Source: Clostridiales bacterium
GTDB lineage: Bacteria > Bacillota > Clostridia > DUOD01
Length of the DNA: 64,000 nucleotides
Reading direction: 5' to 3'
Assembly (NCBI GenBank): GCA_012838995.1
Contig: DUOD01000063.1
Location: 1,383 to 65,382, forward strand
A model generated the notes under the pieces. That model worked only from the letters and a program-made list of their open reading frames with translations. It was not told the origin of the DNA and searched no databases. Below are positions 41,316 to 51,643 of the stretch, piece by piece. How positions within the stretch are numbered: the first letter of the stretch is position 1; the number at the start of each line of letters is the position of its first letter. The position numbers and the translations under genes were made by a program.

Positions 41316-42437
41316 TTATTTATTATTCATGAGCAATGCCGCCTGTCGGTATACTTCCTTCAGCTGTCGGCATATCTCCAAATACTCTTCAACTTCCATA
41401 TTATCCTCCATCTTACTGTAAATGTCCACGGCAGTGTTATACAACTGTGAAAGGTCACTCTGCCCGAGTTCCTCATAATAAATTGACGCAGCGTGGGCCA
41501 TTTGCTGTCCCGAATCGCCTATCATTGCCGGTATATGCTGAGTATCATCCACATAATTGATAAATTCTTCTATGTTATCCGGGGCCTGTAAGGCATCCTC
41601 CCTTAAAATATCTTCCATTGAACGGATGTTGGGCGGCTGACCGTCCGAATTGGGGCATAATATGAAATTGCTGCTAAATACCGCCGTATCGTCATCGACC
41701 GACCAAGCCTCTATAAAATCGCTAAAAACAATCTTGGTAGGCAGAGCATCCATCTTCCATGTAAAATAAACATATACATGCTCTTGGTCATATCCGGTAA
41801 TAATTACAAAATCGTAACAAGTCTTGTCTGTAATGCCCAGTTCTTTAAGGTCGACCTGGGCTATAACAGGAAGGCTGTCCACAACCTTCATTTTTATTAT
41901 TTGAAATAGCTGCCGGGCATTTTTACACTCCTTGAGCACGCTGCAGTTTTCCTCCAAGTTGTCTTGAAGTATCTTCGTGTCATTGGTGGGTATCCCCCTA
42001 TATCCTATGGTAGGGCAAAAATTTGAATTCTTCACGATGTCCAGCATCGAGAACACCAAAGGAGCCGGCCCCATGTTATATTCCCTGACCCCTTCATCGA
42101 AATAAAACCTGGTAGGCCTTGCATACACCAGTACCCGGGGATAGGTCAGCTCTGGCAGTTGGTGCATAATGCAGCTGGCCAAGGAAGTTATATGGCTAAT
42201 TTTATGGTGGTATACCACCTTCATCCTATATACTTTGGATACAGGCAGCGTGCTTTGGCCGGCATCTTTCGGACCGTCGGGCGTTGTATTTTGTCCCGGG
42301 GTATCATCCGTAAGGGACGGGGATTTTTTTTCTTCCCCCTTGGACGCCCACCATTCCGTATAGCCATTGGTGCAACCGGTAAAGCAAAACGTAAGTATTA
42401 TGAAAATAACCAGTATGGTTAGCAATTTTTTCTTCAT
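41316..42437 (-). CDS. Hypothetical lipoprotein (373 aa; lipobox LTFCFTGC), possibly a BtrH-N/DUF4872-like papain-fold protein
   Basis: Signal peptide plus lipobox; family guess from memory only. Confidence 0.6.
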   Translation of the reverse strand: MKKKLLTILVIFIILTFCFTGCTNGYTEWWASKGEEKKSPSLTDDTPGQNTTPDGPKDAGQSTLPVSKVYRMKVVYHHKISHITSLASCIMHQLPELTYPRVLVYARPTRFYFDEGVREYNMGPAPLVFSMLDIVKNSNFCPTIGYRGIPTNDTKILQDNLEENCSVLKECKNARQLFQIIKMKVVDSLPVIAQVDLKELGITDKTCYDFVIITGYDQEHVYVYFTWKMDALPTKIVFSDFIEAWSVDDDTAVFSSNFILCPNSDGQPPNIRSMEDILREDALQAPDNIEEFINYVDDTQHIPAMIGDSGQQMAHAASIYYEELGQSDLSQLYNTAVDIYSKMEDNMEVEEYLEICRQLKEVYRQAALLMNNK

Positions 42438-42605
42438 TGGTACCCTCCGGGCAACACAAAATTTGATCCCGTATGTTAATTATTCGTCATATATTATTTT
42501 TTCCCTCTATATTTTGAATAATTATAGTACATTTTTATTGTAACCCGGCAAAGATAAGCGCATATAATGATTTTTAACCGATAATTAATATTTTGGAGGA
42601 TTTAT

Positions 42606-43040
42606 ATGGTAAGAAACGTGAGCGAGGCCAAAATAAAGGAAATATTAGATAAATTCAAAAACGCACGGTTTATCCACAACGGCCGAGATTTGAAAAAGGG
42701 TTTGGATTGTCTCGGATTTGTAATACTGTTTTATAAAGAATTCGGTATTGAAGTGCCCAGCGATGACGGTCATGCCATAGAAAAGCATTGGTACCGCAAA
42801 GATCCCTATAGACTAATCAGGGGGATTATGAATCTGGAAGGCATATACGTCAAGCCGGAGGAAGTACAACCCCTGGATTTGGTATACTTTGCCGTGGGCA
42901 GCGATGTAATAAGCCATCTGGGTGTTATGATCAGCAACGACAAATTTGCCCACATGGCTCCAAGAAGCAATTTGTTGGTGAGCAGTTTAAAACGCCACTG
43001 GCTTAAAAGGTGTAGAGGAGCCAAACGATTGATTATGTAA
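42606..43040 (+). CDS. NlpC/P60 family (C40) cysteine peptidase, 144 aa, no signal peptide
   Basis: Catalytic Cys in GLDCLGFV, His in ISHLGVM, third His in AHMAP. Confidence 0.8.
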   Translation: MVRNVSEAKIKEILDKFKNARFIHNGRDLKKGLDCLGFVILFYKEFGIEVPSDDGHAIEKHWYRKDPYRLIRGIMNLEGIYVKPEEVQPLDLVYFAVGSDVISHLGVMISNDKFAHMAPRSNLLVSSLKRHWLKRCRGAKRLIM

Positions 43041-43050
43041 AATATCAAAT

Positions 43051-43096
43051 AAAAGGGCTGGAACATTGATAACCTATCATATTTTCAGCCCTTTTG
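43051..43096. terminator. Hairpin (aaagggctg ... cagcccttt, large loop) between the convergent NlpC/P60 gene and the 42-aa ORF
   Basis: Read from the sequence. Confidence 0.4.
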
Positions 43097-43124
43097 CAGA
43101 TTTATTGTAATGCATCGGTATATG

Positions 43125-43253
43125 TTACAATTTTAGATATTTGGTCAGTATATCCATGAAAATTACGGGAAACAGTACACCTAAAGTAAGAAGAAGTGAT
43201 ATTATTATTCCGCCTATACTCCTACCCCATTCCGAACCTAATAACCCCTTCAT
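43125..43253 (-). CDS. Unannotated 42-aa hydrophobic peptide (MKGLLGSEWGRSIGGIIISLLLTLGVLFPVIFMDILTKYLKL) with a strong SD (GGAGGT, 6-nt spacer)
   Basis: Manual translation; below the ORF-track size cutoff; TATAAT -10 about 25 nt upstream. Confidence 0.45.
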   Translation of the reverse strand: MKGLLGSEWGRSIGGIIISLLLTLGVLFPVIFMDILTKYLKL

Positions 43254-43504
43254 GTTAATACCTCCAAACAACTTAATTTATTATATATTATTACACCTGT
43301 TTGTATCATTTAGACGTACAACATGTTTAAATTATTTTACATAATTATTAACTTTTTATTAAAATTATTTTTTACATTTTTCATTAAGACCTGCAATAAA
43401 CAGGGGTTGGAGTAGGGTATTACATCACCCGGTTTTATTAAACCATGGCAGGAGAAAAATTGATAAAGGCGGCCTGCCCCGATATCCGGCCCGGGCAGCG
43501 ATAT

Positions 43505-44308
43505 CTAATCACCCAGCACGAATTTTTCTATGGATTTTGCCACACCATGGGCATCATTGGTACCGGTAATAAAGTCGGCCACTTCTTTAACGTGGGGATA
43601 TGCATTGCCCATGGCAACGCCCAACCCGGCAAATTTTAGCATGGGTATGTCGTTATCCTCATCGCCGATGGCCATGACTTCCGATGCTCGGATACCGTAA
43701 TAAGAAGCCAGATATTTAAGGGCACTGCCTTTGTTAACGTCTATGGGGACAAATTCCAGGTATCTGCCCACCATCAGATATTGTATGAATTTATTTTTAC
43801 AACATTTCTCCAAATCCTCCATATACTCTTTTAATTGACGGCACTCACCCACAAACATAAGTTTGATGAGGTTTTCATTGATATAACGATAAAATTCTTC
43901 TACATATACAAACTTTTGGCCATATCTTCTCCATATTTCAATTTCTTTATCATCGGGAGGTATGTTGGTATACATAATATTATCGATAAAAGCAAACATC
44001 TTTATATTACGCTGTTGGGCATAATCCAGCACGGGTTTTATTTTTTTGTAATCTATCTCCCTTTTATATACCACCTTATGGTCATGGGAGGTTACTATCA
44101 TGGCACCGTTATTTATTATAAAAGGAAGCTTCAGTCCCAGCTCCTTTGCATATCCCTTGACCATATCAAAGGGCCTGCCTGAGCACAAGGTAACCCTGAC
44201 GCCTTTGTCCAAAGCCCTCCTGATTGCTTGTTTATTGCGACGGCTGATTTCCATATTATCGTCCAATAATGTACCGTCCAAGTCTATGGCGATTAGTTTG
44301 TATGCCAC
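43505..44308 (-). CDS. Cof-type HAD-IIB family hydrolase (sugar-phosphatase-like)
   Basis: IAIDLDGTLL motif I, GDEDND motif IV. Confidence 0.85.
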   Translation of the reverse strand: MAYKLIAIDLDGTLLDDNMEISRRNKQAIRRALDKGVRVTLCSGRPFDMVKGYAKELGLKLPFIINNGAMIVTSHDHKVVYKREIDYKKIKPVLDYAQQRNIKMFAFIDNIMYTNIPPDDKEIEIWRRYGQKFVYVEEFYRYINENLIKLMFVGECRQLKEYMEDLEKCCKNKFIQYLMVGRYLEFVPIDVNKGSALKYLASYYGIRASEVMAIGDEDNDIPMLKFAGLGVAMGNAYPHVKEVADFITGTNDAHGVAKSIEKFVLGD

Positions 44309-44513
44309 TATGTTATTCTCCTCCCGGTTAAAATTTTTTTGCTAAACAAAAACAGCAACTAAATTATAGCAACGGGTTGTTAAAAAATCAAACACCCGTC
44401 ATGACGTCAATGGTCCGTCCTAAAAATGAAATATATTCATCAGCCGGTGATAGAATATTCATACGGCAACGACACTCATGAAAGTATAATAAAACTTAAG
44501 CCGGCATTTTTGT

Positions 44514-44539
44514 TGTAACGTTTTACGGTGTTTAGACGT
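44514..44539 (+). promoter_or_regulatory. ECF-sigma-type promoter TGTAAC-N17-CGT upstream of the sigma factor gene (probable autoregulation)
   Basis: Matches the sigma-X/sigma-W-like AAC...CGT architecture. Confidence 0.5.
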
Positions 44540-44619
44540 TATTATAGTTAAGAAAAGGGAAGCCAGTTGTTTTTGCTCCCATATTGCAGCAACCAGGTGA
44601 TAAAAAGGAGTATAGATCT

Positions 44620-45147
44620 ATGCTTGATGCGGACAAGTTAAACAAAGCACAGAAGGGCGATTTAGAGTGTATAGAGGAAATATGCAAAAAAACCTGGGAA
44701 CCCTTATACCGCTTTATATATTATAGGGTTCAAAACCGCGAAGAAGCGGAAGACATTACCCAGGAGACTTACGTCAGAGCCCTGTCCTATTTACAAAAAA
44801 ACAGTATTGACGTCAATAAGTACATTGCCTTTTTAAAAACCGTTGCATTAAATATACTGCGGGACAAATGGAGAAAAAATAAACGCCGGAGTGTGACGGT
44901 GGACATAGAATCCGTCAACCCGTCATGGATTTCCACCCAAGCCCAAACGGAGGCCAGTACCTAACGCATTACAATTAAAAATGCGCTAAATAAACTCGGC
45001 GAGCAGCAACAAAAGGTAATAGAATTGAGAATTATCAAAGGTTTTTCGGTAGCCGAAACAGCCAAAATCTTGAACAAAAAGGAAGGCACCGTCCGGGTGC
45101 TGCAATACCGAGCATTGCAAAATCTCTGCCGGTATTTAGAAGAATAA
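44620..45147 (+). pseudogene. ECF (group 4) sigma-70 factor whose frame is interrupted by an in-frame TAA at 44962-44964, between region sigma-2 and region sigma-4. Either a pseudogene, a sequencing error, or a naturally split sigma factor
   Basis: sigma-2 motifs (EEAEDITQETYVRAL) upstream of the stop; sigma-4 HTH (QKVIELRIIKGFSVAETAKILNKKEGTVRVLQYRAL) downstream in the same frame. Confidence 0.65.
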
Positions 45148-45172
45148 TAAATTGTACAAGGAGGTTAAAACC

Positions 45173-46840
45173 ATGGGTTTTAAGGAAAACAAAATATCCG
45201 ATTACATCGATAAACTTAATGCCGAACAAAAACCCAAAGAACACGAAAGACCCACCCATTCACCGGAGACAGACAAGCTTTTGGATACCGTAAGATTGGT
45301 ACGCAGCTTAAAGGAACCCGCTCTGCCCGAAGCCGGATACCCGAAAAGACTGGCCCGGGCGGTAAAAAGACGACTGGAATCGGAAAAGGACGCTAAAAAC
45401 AAAAGAAGGATATGGCTCACTGGCATGTCAGGTATAGCCGCCGCACTTGTACTGGCAATTATCATCAATTTCCTATGGCCTGTGGGCACGGCCGGCACCA
45501 TCCATGCCATGGAAGAGGCGTTCCAACAAATCAAGGCATATCACGGGTATATTGAAATCATCGAGACTAACGAACAGGGAAAGAGTACAACACAGGGCAA
45601 GCTGGAAGTATGGGCGGATAAAGAGGGACATTATTATACCAGGGTATTGGAAGGTCCGCAAAAGGATTTGGTAACCGTAAACAACGGCCAAAAAAAGTGG
45701 CAGGTGAGACCGGATCAAAATGAAATCCACCTCTTACCCCCGTTCCCCGATACCCATCCCTTTACCTTTGAACTGGGTAATGAAATACAACAGATAACCA
45801 ATGCCTTGTCCATAAAGGCCCTGGGGGAGGATAGGGTGGCAGGTAGAAAAGCTTCCGTGGTGGAAGTAATCCCCGACGGAGGAAGGCCCTATAAGGTATG
45901 GATTGATAAGAAAACAAAACTTCCCTTGAAAAAACAGTCGGCCATGCACAATGCGCTGCAGTATACCATAACCTATACCCAGTTGGATTTGGTGGATAAT
46001 CTACCCAAAGAACTTGTTACTTACAAGGTGCCCGACGGGTTTAGGGAAATTGACACGCACCCCGAACAATTGGTGTCCACCATGCAGGAGGCGGAAAAGG
46101 CCTTGGGGTTTGTTCCCCGGCTTGGTCAAGATATACCCGACGGATATACGCAACAGGGCATAGCCGTACTGCCGGATAGGCAGCTTCTAAAGGTGTACTA
46201 CGCTACCGATGACAATAAGACATTGGCGGTGTTTATGCAAGGCAAGGCAAAAACCCAGTTCAAGCCTGTAAATACGGCCATTTTGGGCAAAGTTGAAAAT
46301 GAAATTGCCGAAATCCAATCCCCCGTATATAACGATTCGGGAATACTAAGTGGCGGATTGCCCTATGCAGGCATGACCGACATGGCTGCTATCCGCTGGC
46401 AGCAGCAGGGCTTTGAATATGCCGTGATAAGCAATACCGGTACGGAGGAATTGATATCCTTCGCACGGCAGTTGACCGACAAGAACATATCCATCGACGA
46501 ACAACCCCCTGAAAAGCCCCAGAGGAAAGTCGAGGTGGACTTGGAGGCAGAGGAAAACCAACAAAAAAGCGTTGATGCAGGGCAATCGCCCTGGAAACTC
46601 GACCCCGTATACGTTGCCCAGGTTTTTGTCAGCCTGCAAATCTCTCCCGATGGCATAACGGGCGAATATCCCGTATCCATGGAAGATTTAACGCTAACGG
46701 CCAACGACGGTAAAAATGCTGTTGTAGAAGTAACCGGGCAGCAAAGCCCCATTAAAAGGGTATACCTAAAGCGTTTGATAAGGCAAGATTCCACCGGTAT
46801 TTGGACGGTGGTGGGCTATGATCCCCTGATCAAAAGGTAG
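45173..46840 (+). CDS. Membrane anti-sigma factor (single TM, ~450-aa extracytoplasmic LolA-like/DUF4367-type domain); start at MGFKEN (SD aggagg)
   Basis: Cytoplasmic N-terminal ~80 aa, TM IWLTGMSGIAAALVLAIIINFLW; 25 nt downstream of the sigma factor gene. Confidence 0.65.
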   Translation: MGFKENKISDYIDKLNAEQKPKEHERPTHSPETDKLLDTVRLVRSLKEPALPEAGYPKRLARAVKRRLESEKDAKNKRRIWLTGMSGIAAALVLAIIINFLWPVGTAGTIHAMEEAFQQIKAYHGYIEIIETNEQGKSTTQGKLEVWADKEGHYYTRVLEGPQKDLVTVNNGQKKWQVRPDQNEIHLLPPFPDTHPFTFELGNEIQQITNALSIKALGEDRVAGRKASVVEVIPDGGRPYKVWIDKKTKLPLKKQSAMHNALQYTITYTQLDLVDNLPKELVTYKVPDGFREIDTHPEQLVSTMQEAEKALGFVPRLGQDIPDGYTQQGIAVLPDRQLLKVYYATDDNKTLAVFMQGKAKTQFKPVNTAILGKVENEIAEIQSPVYNDSGILSGGLPYAGMTDMAAIRWQQQGFEYAVISNTGTEELISFARQLTDKNISIDEQPPEKPQRKVEVDLEAEENQQKSVDAGQSPWKLDPVYVAQVFVSLQISPDGITGEYPVSMEDLTLTANDGKNAVVEVTGQQSPIKRVYLKRLIRQDSTGIWTVVGYDPLIKR

Positions 46841-46870
46841 GTAGTTGATCTTAGCATTGTAATATCCCCA

Positions 46871-46903
46871 AAGAAGTCATAGGAAACTTCCTATGACTTC
46901 TTT
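46871..46903 (+). terminator. Strong hairpin (14-bp perfect stem aagaagtcatagga/tcctatgacttctt) downstream of the anti-sigma gene
   Basis: Read from the sequence; short T-run, so termination efficiency is uncertain. Confidence 0.5.
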
Positions 46904-47168
46904 AAACAAAAAATATCTTGGTTTTATATAGGAAGTGGAATAAAATTAGAATAATATGGACAAATTTTAATAGAATTAAATATAGATTACAAGTCATAGC
47001 ATTTATTGCCTAATTATTACATTTGTTACAATACTATTACAAATATGCATAATTGGTTTTAAATTCTTTACTTTTTGTGCCTATGTATTTACAATTAATT
47101 GGGTGTAACTTATTATTTAATTTATAAGCAGTTATATCATTATCCTTAGTGAATGGGGGATAACAACT

Positions 47169-48773
47169 ATGCAGCCCAGTAGGATGGAAAAACGTAAGAA
47201 AACAGTTAAGAAAAAATTTGCTTTTACCGTCACGTTGTTAGTTATTATAATAATTCTTGGCTTTTCCACAATAACATATGCAAACCACATACTCAATAAA
47301 GAAGTTTTCTACCCCAATATAAAAATAGCCGGTATTGACATGGAAAACTTAACCAAGGATATGGCCATTACCAAACTAAAAGAAAAATTCCAGCCATATC
47401 TGGATGATATAAAAATAACTCTGGCTTTTGAAGATAAAAAATGGGAATTCGACTATAAGGATATAGGCGCTCAATTTGATATCGAGGAAAAGGTGGAGGA
47501 AGCATACCGGATAGGCAGAAAAGGTTCATCGTTAAATAGATTAAGGGAAATATACGATGTTTATAAAAACGGGTTTTCCTCGGATGTAACCTTCAGTTAT
47601 GATGTATCCCTTTTAAAGGACAAGGTACAACAAATAGCGGATGAGCTCTACATACAACCGGAGGATGCCTCCGTAAAATTCCATCCCAATAAAAGCCAAA
47701 AGTTTAGTTTTACTTCGGAAAAAGTGGGCAGGGAAATGGACGTGGAAGCAACCATGGCCATGATAGAGGATGTTATGGAAAAAGAAGATTACTCCTCCGT
47801 CATCGATTTGCCCGTTCACGATATTCAGCCGGAGGTATTTGTGGAAGATCTGAAAAAGGCTACCTACAAAATTTCTTCCTTTAGCACCGATCTTTCCGCC
47901 AGCTCGGCTGCAAGGACCCACAACATCAGACTTGCATCAGAAACCTTCAACGGAAGGGTGGTAAAACCCGGGGAGGTCTTTTCTTTTAACGAATCCACCG
48001 GCGTAAGATCAAAAAAGAAGGGATATAAGGACGCCGCCATCATTGTCGGCGGTAAGGTGGAGGACGGTACGGCAGGCGGAGTGTGTCAAGTTTCGAGTAC
48101 CCTGTACAACGCAGTGTTAATGGCAGACCTTGAAATAGTTGAGCGTACCAAACACGCCTTTCCCATAACATACGTAGGCCCGGGCAGGGACGCCACCGTT
48201 GTGTACGGTGCTTTGGATTTTAAGTTCAGAAATAATAAAGACACCCCTATATTTATAGCCAGTTATGTAAGCAATAAAAGGCTGCTTATAGAAATTTACG
48301 GCGAAAAACTGCCCAATAACAGAAAAATAGAAATACAAACCGAGATTTACTCCTCAAGCCCCGCTCCCGAACCTAAAAGGGTGGTAAAAAAGGATTTACC
48401 GCCGGGAACGGAAAAGGTTGAAATACTGTCAAGAAAGGGTCTTAAGGTCAGGGCGTACAAAGTTATCTATGAAAACGGCGTCAGGGTGAAAAGGGTTTTG
48501 ATATCCGATGATTATTACAAGCCAATAAAGGGGTTAATATACTACAACCCGGCCCCAAAGAAAGAGGAAAAACCAAAGGATAACAACAATAATCAAAACT
48601 CAAAACCTCAAAATACCAAGCCTGAAGATACAAAACCCCAGGGCACCAAACCCCAAGACCCACAGGACTCAAAGCCCCAAAACCCCCAGCCCCAGGAACC
48701 CAAACCGAAAAAGCCGGATACATCGGCCGAACAGCAAAAACCCCAGTCAGAAGAAACGGACAGTGCGGAATAG
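47169..48773 (+). CDS. VanW-family protein (YoaR-like) with N-terminal TM anchor and a Pro/Lys/Gln-rich low-complexity C-terminal tail
   Basis: VanW domain region (GRVVKPGEVFSFNESTG...GGVCQVSSTLYNA); KPQ-rich tail. Confidence 0.8.
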   Translation: MQPSRMEKRKKTVKKKFAFTVTLLVIIIILGFSTITYANHILNKEVFYPNIKIAGIDMENLTKDMAITKLKEKFQPYLDDIKITLAFEDKKWEFDYKDIGAQFDIEEKVEEAYRIGRKGSSLNRLREIYDVYKNGFSSDVTFSYDVSLLKDKVQQIADELYIQPEDASVKFHPNKSQKFSFTSEKVGREMDVEATMAMIEDVMEKEDYSSVIDLPVHDIQPEVFVEDLKKATYKISSFSTDLSASSAARTHNIRLASETFNGRVVKPGEVFSFNESTGVRSKKKGYKDAAIIVGGKVEDGTAGGVCQVSSTLYNAVLMADLEIVERTKHAFPITYVGPGRDATVVYGALDFKFRNNKDTPIFIASYVSNKRLLIEIYGEKLPNNRKIEIQTEIYSSSPAPEPKRVVKKDLPPGTEKVEILSRKGLKVRAYKVIYENGVRVKRVLISDDYYKPIKGLIYYNPAPKKEEKPKDNNNNQNSKPQNTKPEDTKPQGTKPQDPQDSKPQNPQPQEPKPKKPDTSAEQQKPQSEETDSAE

Positions 48774-48803
48774 ATATAAAAAAGGGTGGTAATCCACCCT
48801 TTT

Positions 48804-51626
48804 TTAATTGTTTAATTTCCTCTTTAAAAACCGTCCGGTAAAACTTTCCCCATGATTACAAATGAATTCGGGACTGCCGTGGGCAACTACGCATCCCCCC
48901 ATTTCACCGCCTTCCGGACCCAAATCTATTATATAATCAGCCGTCTTTATAACGTCCAGATTGTGTTCTATCACGATAATGGTGTTGCCGGCATCACACA
49001 GTTTTTGCAGTACCGACACCAGCCTGTGGACATCCGCCATATGGAGGCCGGTGGTGGGCTCGTCCAAAATATACATGGTCCTGCCTGTACTCCGCTTACT
49101 CAGTTCGGTAGCCAGCTTAACCCTTTGAGCCTCACCCCCCGACAGGGTAGTAGAGGGCTGGCCAAGTTTTATATAGCCTAGACCTACGTCGTACAAAGTC
49201 TGAAGCCTTCTCTTTATTTTGGGTATGTTACCGAAAAACTCCAGGGCATCCTCAACGGTCATATCCAATACCTGGGATATGTTTTTGCCCTTATATCTAA
49301 CTTCCAGGGTCTCCCGGTTGTATCTTTTACCCCTGCACACCTCGCATGGTACGTATACATCGGGCAAAAAGTGCATTTCTATTTTTATTATGCCGTCACC
49401 GCTGCAGGCCTCGCACCTACCTCCCCTGACATTGAAACTAAACCTTCCGCTCTTATAGCCCCTCATCTTGGCCTCCGGGAGTTGCGCGAACAATTCCCGG
49501 ATACCGTCAAATACGCCCGTATAGGTAGCCGGGTTGGACCTGGGCGTCCGTCCTATGGGAGATTGATCTATATTGACAACCTTGTCAAGGTGTTCCATAC
49601 CCCTCATACCCCTATGGGCGCCCGGCCTTACCTTGGCCCTGTTCAGGTCCCGTGCCAATCTTTTGTATACTATTTCGTTTACCAAGGTGCTCTTACCCGA
49701 ACCGGATACACCGGTGACGCAGGTAAACAGGCCCAGAGGAAAGGCCACGTCTATGTCCTTTAAATTATTCTCCTGGGCGCCCAAAACCTCAAGCCAAGCG
49801 CCGTTGGGCTTTCTCCTGTTTTTAGGTACGTCTATCTTTTTTATTCCCGATAAGTACTGGCCGGTTATCGACCGGGGACATGCCTTGATATCCTCCACCG
49901 TACCGGTGGCAACTATTTCACCGCCGTGGATCCCCGGACCGGGGCCCATATCTATAATATAATCGGCGGCATACATGGTATCCTCGTCGTGTTCCACCAC
50001 GATCAAGGTATTACCCAGGTCCCTTAATTGTTTTAAGGTGCTCAGCAACCTTTCATTGTCCCTCTGGTGCAGTCCTATACTGGGTTCATCCAGTATATAC
50101 AGCACCCCCATCAGGCCGGCTCCTATCTGGGTGGCCAGCCTAATCCTTTGGGCTTCGCCGCCCGACAGGGTAGCGGCTGACCGGGCCAGGGTTAGGTAAT
50201 CAAGGCCCACGTCTATAAGAAACCTTAATCGGGCCTTTATTTCCTTAAGGACCTGTCTGCTTATTAAGGCCTGCTTTTCGGTTAACTTTAGGGAGTTAAA
50301 AAACCCGTATATCTCCTTAACGGACATGCAGGTAAGCTGGTATATATTTTTACCCCCCACCGTTACCGCCATGCTCTCCTTCTTCAAACGGGACCCTTTA
50401 CACTGGGGACAAGGGCTGTCGTCCATCAAGGCTTCTATTTCGTTTTTGCTGTATTCCGACAGGGTTTCCTTATACTTCCTTTCAAGGTTGTTTATGATAC
50501 CTTCAAAGCGAGCATAAAAAGTGCCGTACCGACGGCGATGGTGTACCTTGATTCTTTTACCCCCGGTGCCGTAGAGTATTATATTTATAATCTCCTCGGG
50601 CAGATCCTTTATGGGTGTATTAAGGCTGAAACCATAATGTCGGGAAAGGGCTTCAAAGTACATATTGGCAATACTGTCCCCATTTTCAAAATTCCAGCCC
50701 GGCGCCACAATGGCACCCTCCTTAATGGTCCTTCTCTCGTCGGGTATAACCAGCTTAGGATCAATCTTCATCAAGGTACCCAGGCCGTCGCATTCAGGAC
50801 AGGCGCCGTAGGGGCTGTTAAAGGAAAACATACGGGGCGTCAGTTCTTCTATGCTTACACCGCATTGGCTACAGGCCATATTCTGGCTGAACAAAATCTC
50901 ATCACCGCCGATTACGTCAACCAATGCCAGTCCTTTGGACAAAGCTACCACCGTTTCCAGGGAATCGGCCAGCCTCTTTTCCACTCCCTCCTTAAGTATT
51001 ATCCTGTCCACCACCACCTCTATGGTATGCTTTTTGTTCTTTTCCAGTTGGATAGGGTCATTTATATCCATGATTTGGCCGTCTACCCGCACCCTGACAA
51101 AGCCCCTCTTTTTTATATCCCCCAGTATTTTGACATGTTCACCCTTTCTGCCCCTTACCAAGGGCGCCAGCAATTGTATACGGGTACCGTGTTCCATGGT
51201 CATTATGTGGTCCACCATCTGATCAATGGTCTGCTGCTGGATTTCCCTGCCGCAGACATAACAATGAGGGGTCCCGATCCGTGAAAACAAAAGCCTTAGA
51301 TAATCGTAAATCTCGGTTACCGTACCCACCGTTGACCGGGGGTTTTTGCTGGTGGTCTTTTGATCAATGGATATGGCGGGCGACAGGCCGGCTATATAAT
51401 CCACATCGGGTTTTTCCATCCGTCCTAAAAACTGACGGGCATAGGCGGACAGGGATTCAACATACCGCCTTTGGCCTTCGGCGTATATGGTATCAAAGGC
51501 CAGGGACGACTTGCCGGAACCGCTCAGACCCGTCACTACTACCAGTTTATCCCTTGGAATTCTCACATCTATATTTTTTAGGTTGTGTTCCCTTGCACCC
51601 TTTATTATTAAATCCTTTTTTTCCAT
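48804..51626 (-). CDS. uvrA: Excinuclease ABC subunit A
   Basis: Two ABC ATPase modules ([21 protein letters not shown]) and zinc-finger Cys clusters. Confidence 0.97.
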   Translation of the reverse strand: MEKKDLIIKGAREHNLKNIDVRIPRDKLVVVTGLSGSGKSSLAFDTIYAEGQRRYVESLSAYARQFLGRMEKPDVDYIAGLSPAISIDQKTTSKNPRSTVGTVTEIYDYLRLLFSRIGTPHCYVCGREIQQQTIDQMVDHIMTMEHGTRIQLLAPLVRGRKGEHVKILGDIKKRGFVRVRVDGQIMDINDPIQLEKNKKHTIEVVVDRIILKEGVEKRLADSLETVVALSKGLALVDVIGGDEILFSQNMACSQCGVSIEELTPRMFSFNSPYGACPECDGLGTLMKIDPKLVIPDERRTIKEGAIVAPGWNFENGDSIANMYFEALSRHYGFSLNTPIKDLPEEIINIILYGTGGKRIKVHHRRRYGTFYARFEGIINNLERKYKETLSEYSKNEIEALMDDSPCPQCKGSRLKKESMAVTVGGKNIYQLTCMSVKEIYGFFNSLKLTEKQALISRQVLKEIKARLRFLIDVGLDYLTLARSAATLSGGEAQRIRLATQIGAGLMGVLYILDEPSIGLHQRDNERLLSTLKQLRDLGNTLIVVEHDEDTMYAADYIIDMGPGPGIHGGEIVATGTVEDIKACPRSITGQYLSGIKKIDVPKNRRKPNGAWLEVLGAQENNLKDIDVAFPLGLFTCVTGVSGSGKSTLVNEIVYKRLARDLNRAKVRPGAHRGMRGMEHLDKVVNIDQSPIGRTPRSNPATYTGVFDGIRELFAQLPEAKMRGYKSGRFSFNVRGGRCEACSGDGIIKIEMHFLPDVYVPCEVCRGKRYNRETLEVRYKGKNISQVLDMTVEDALEFFGNIPKIKRRLQTLYDVGLGYIKLGQPSTTLSGGEAQRVKLATELSKRSTGRTMYILDEPTTGLHMADVHRLVSVLQKLCDAGNTIIVIEHNLDVIKTADYIIDLGPEGGEMGGCVVAHGSPEFICNHGESFTGRFLKRKLNN

Positions 51627-51643
51627 TACAATTCCCCAATCTC

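Noticed and set aside
43141-43344. 67-aa + strand ORF
   Set aside because: It is antisense to the strongly supported 42-aa minus-strand peptide gene, with no RBS.
50538-51284. 248-aa + strand ORF, plus several 100-180 aa + strand ORFs across 49-53 kb
   Set aside because: They sit antisense inside uvrA/uvrB, which are unambiguous. No start context.
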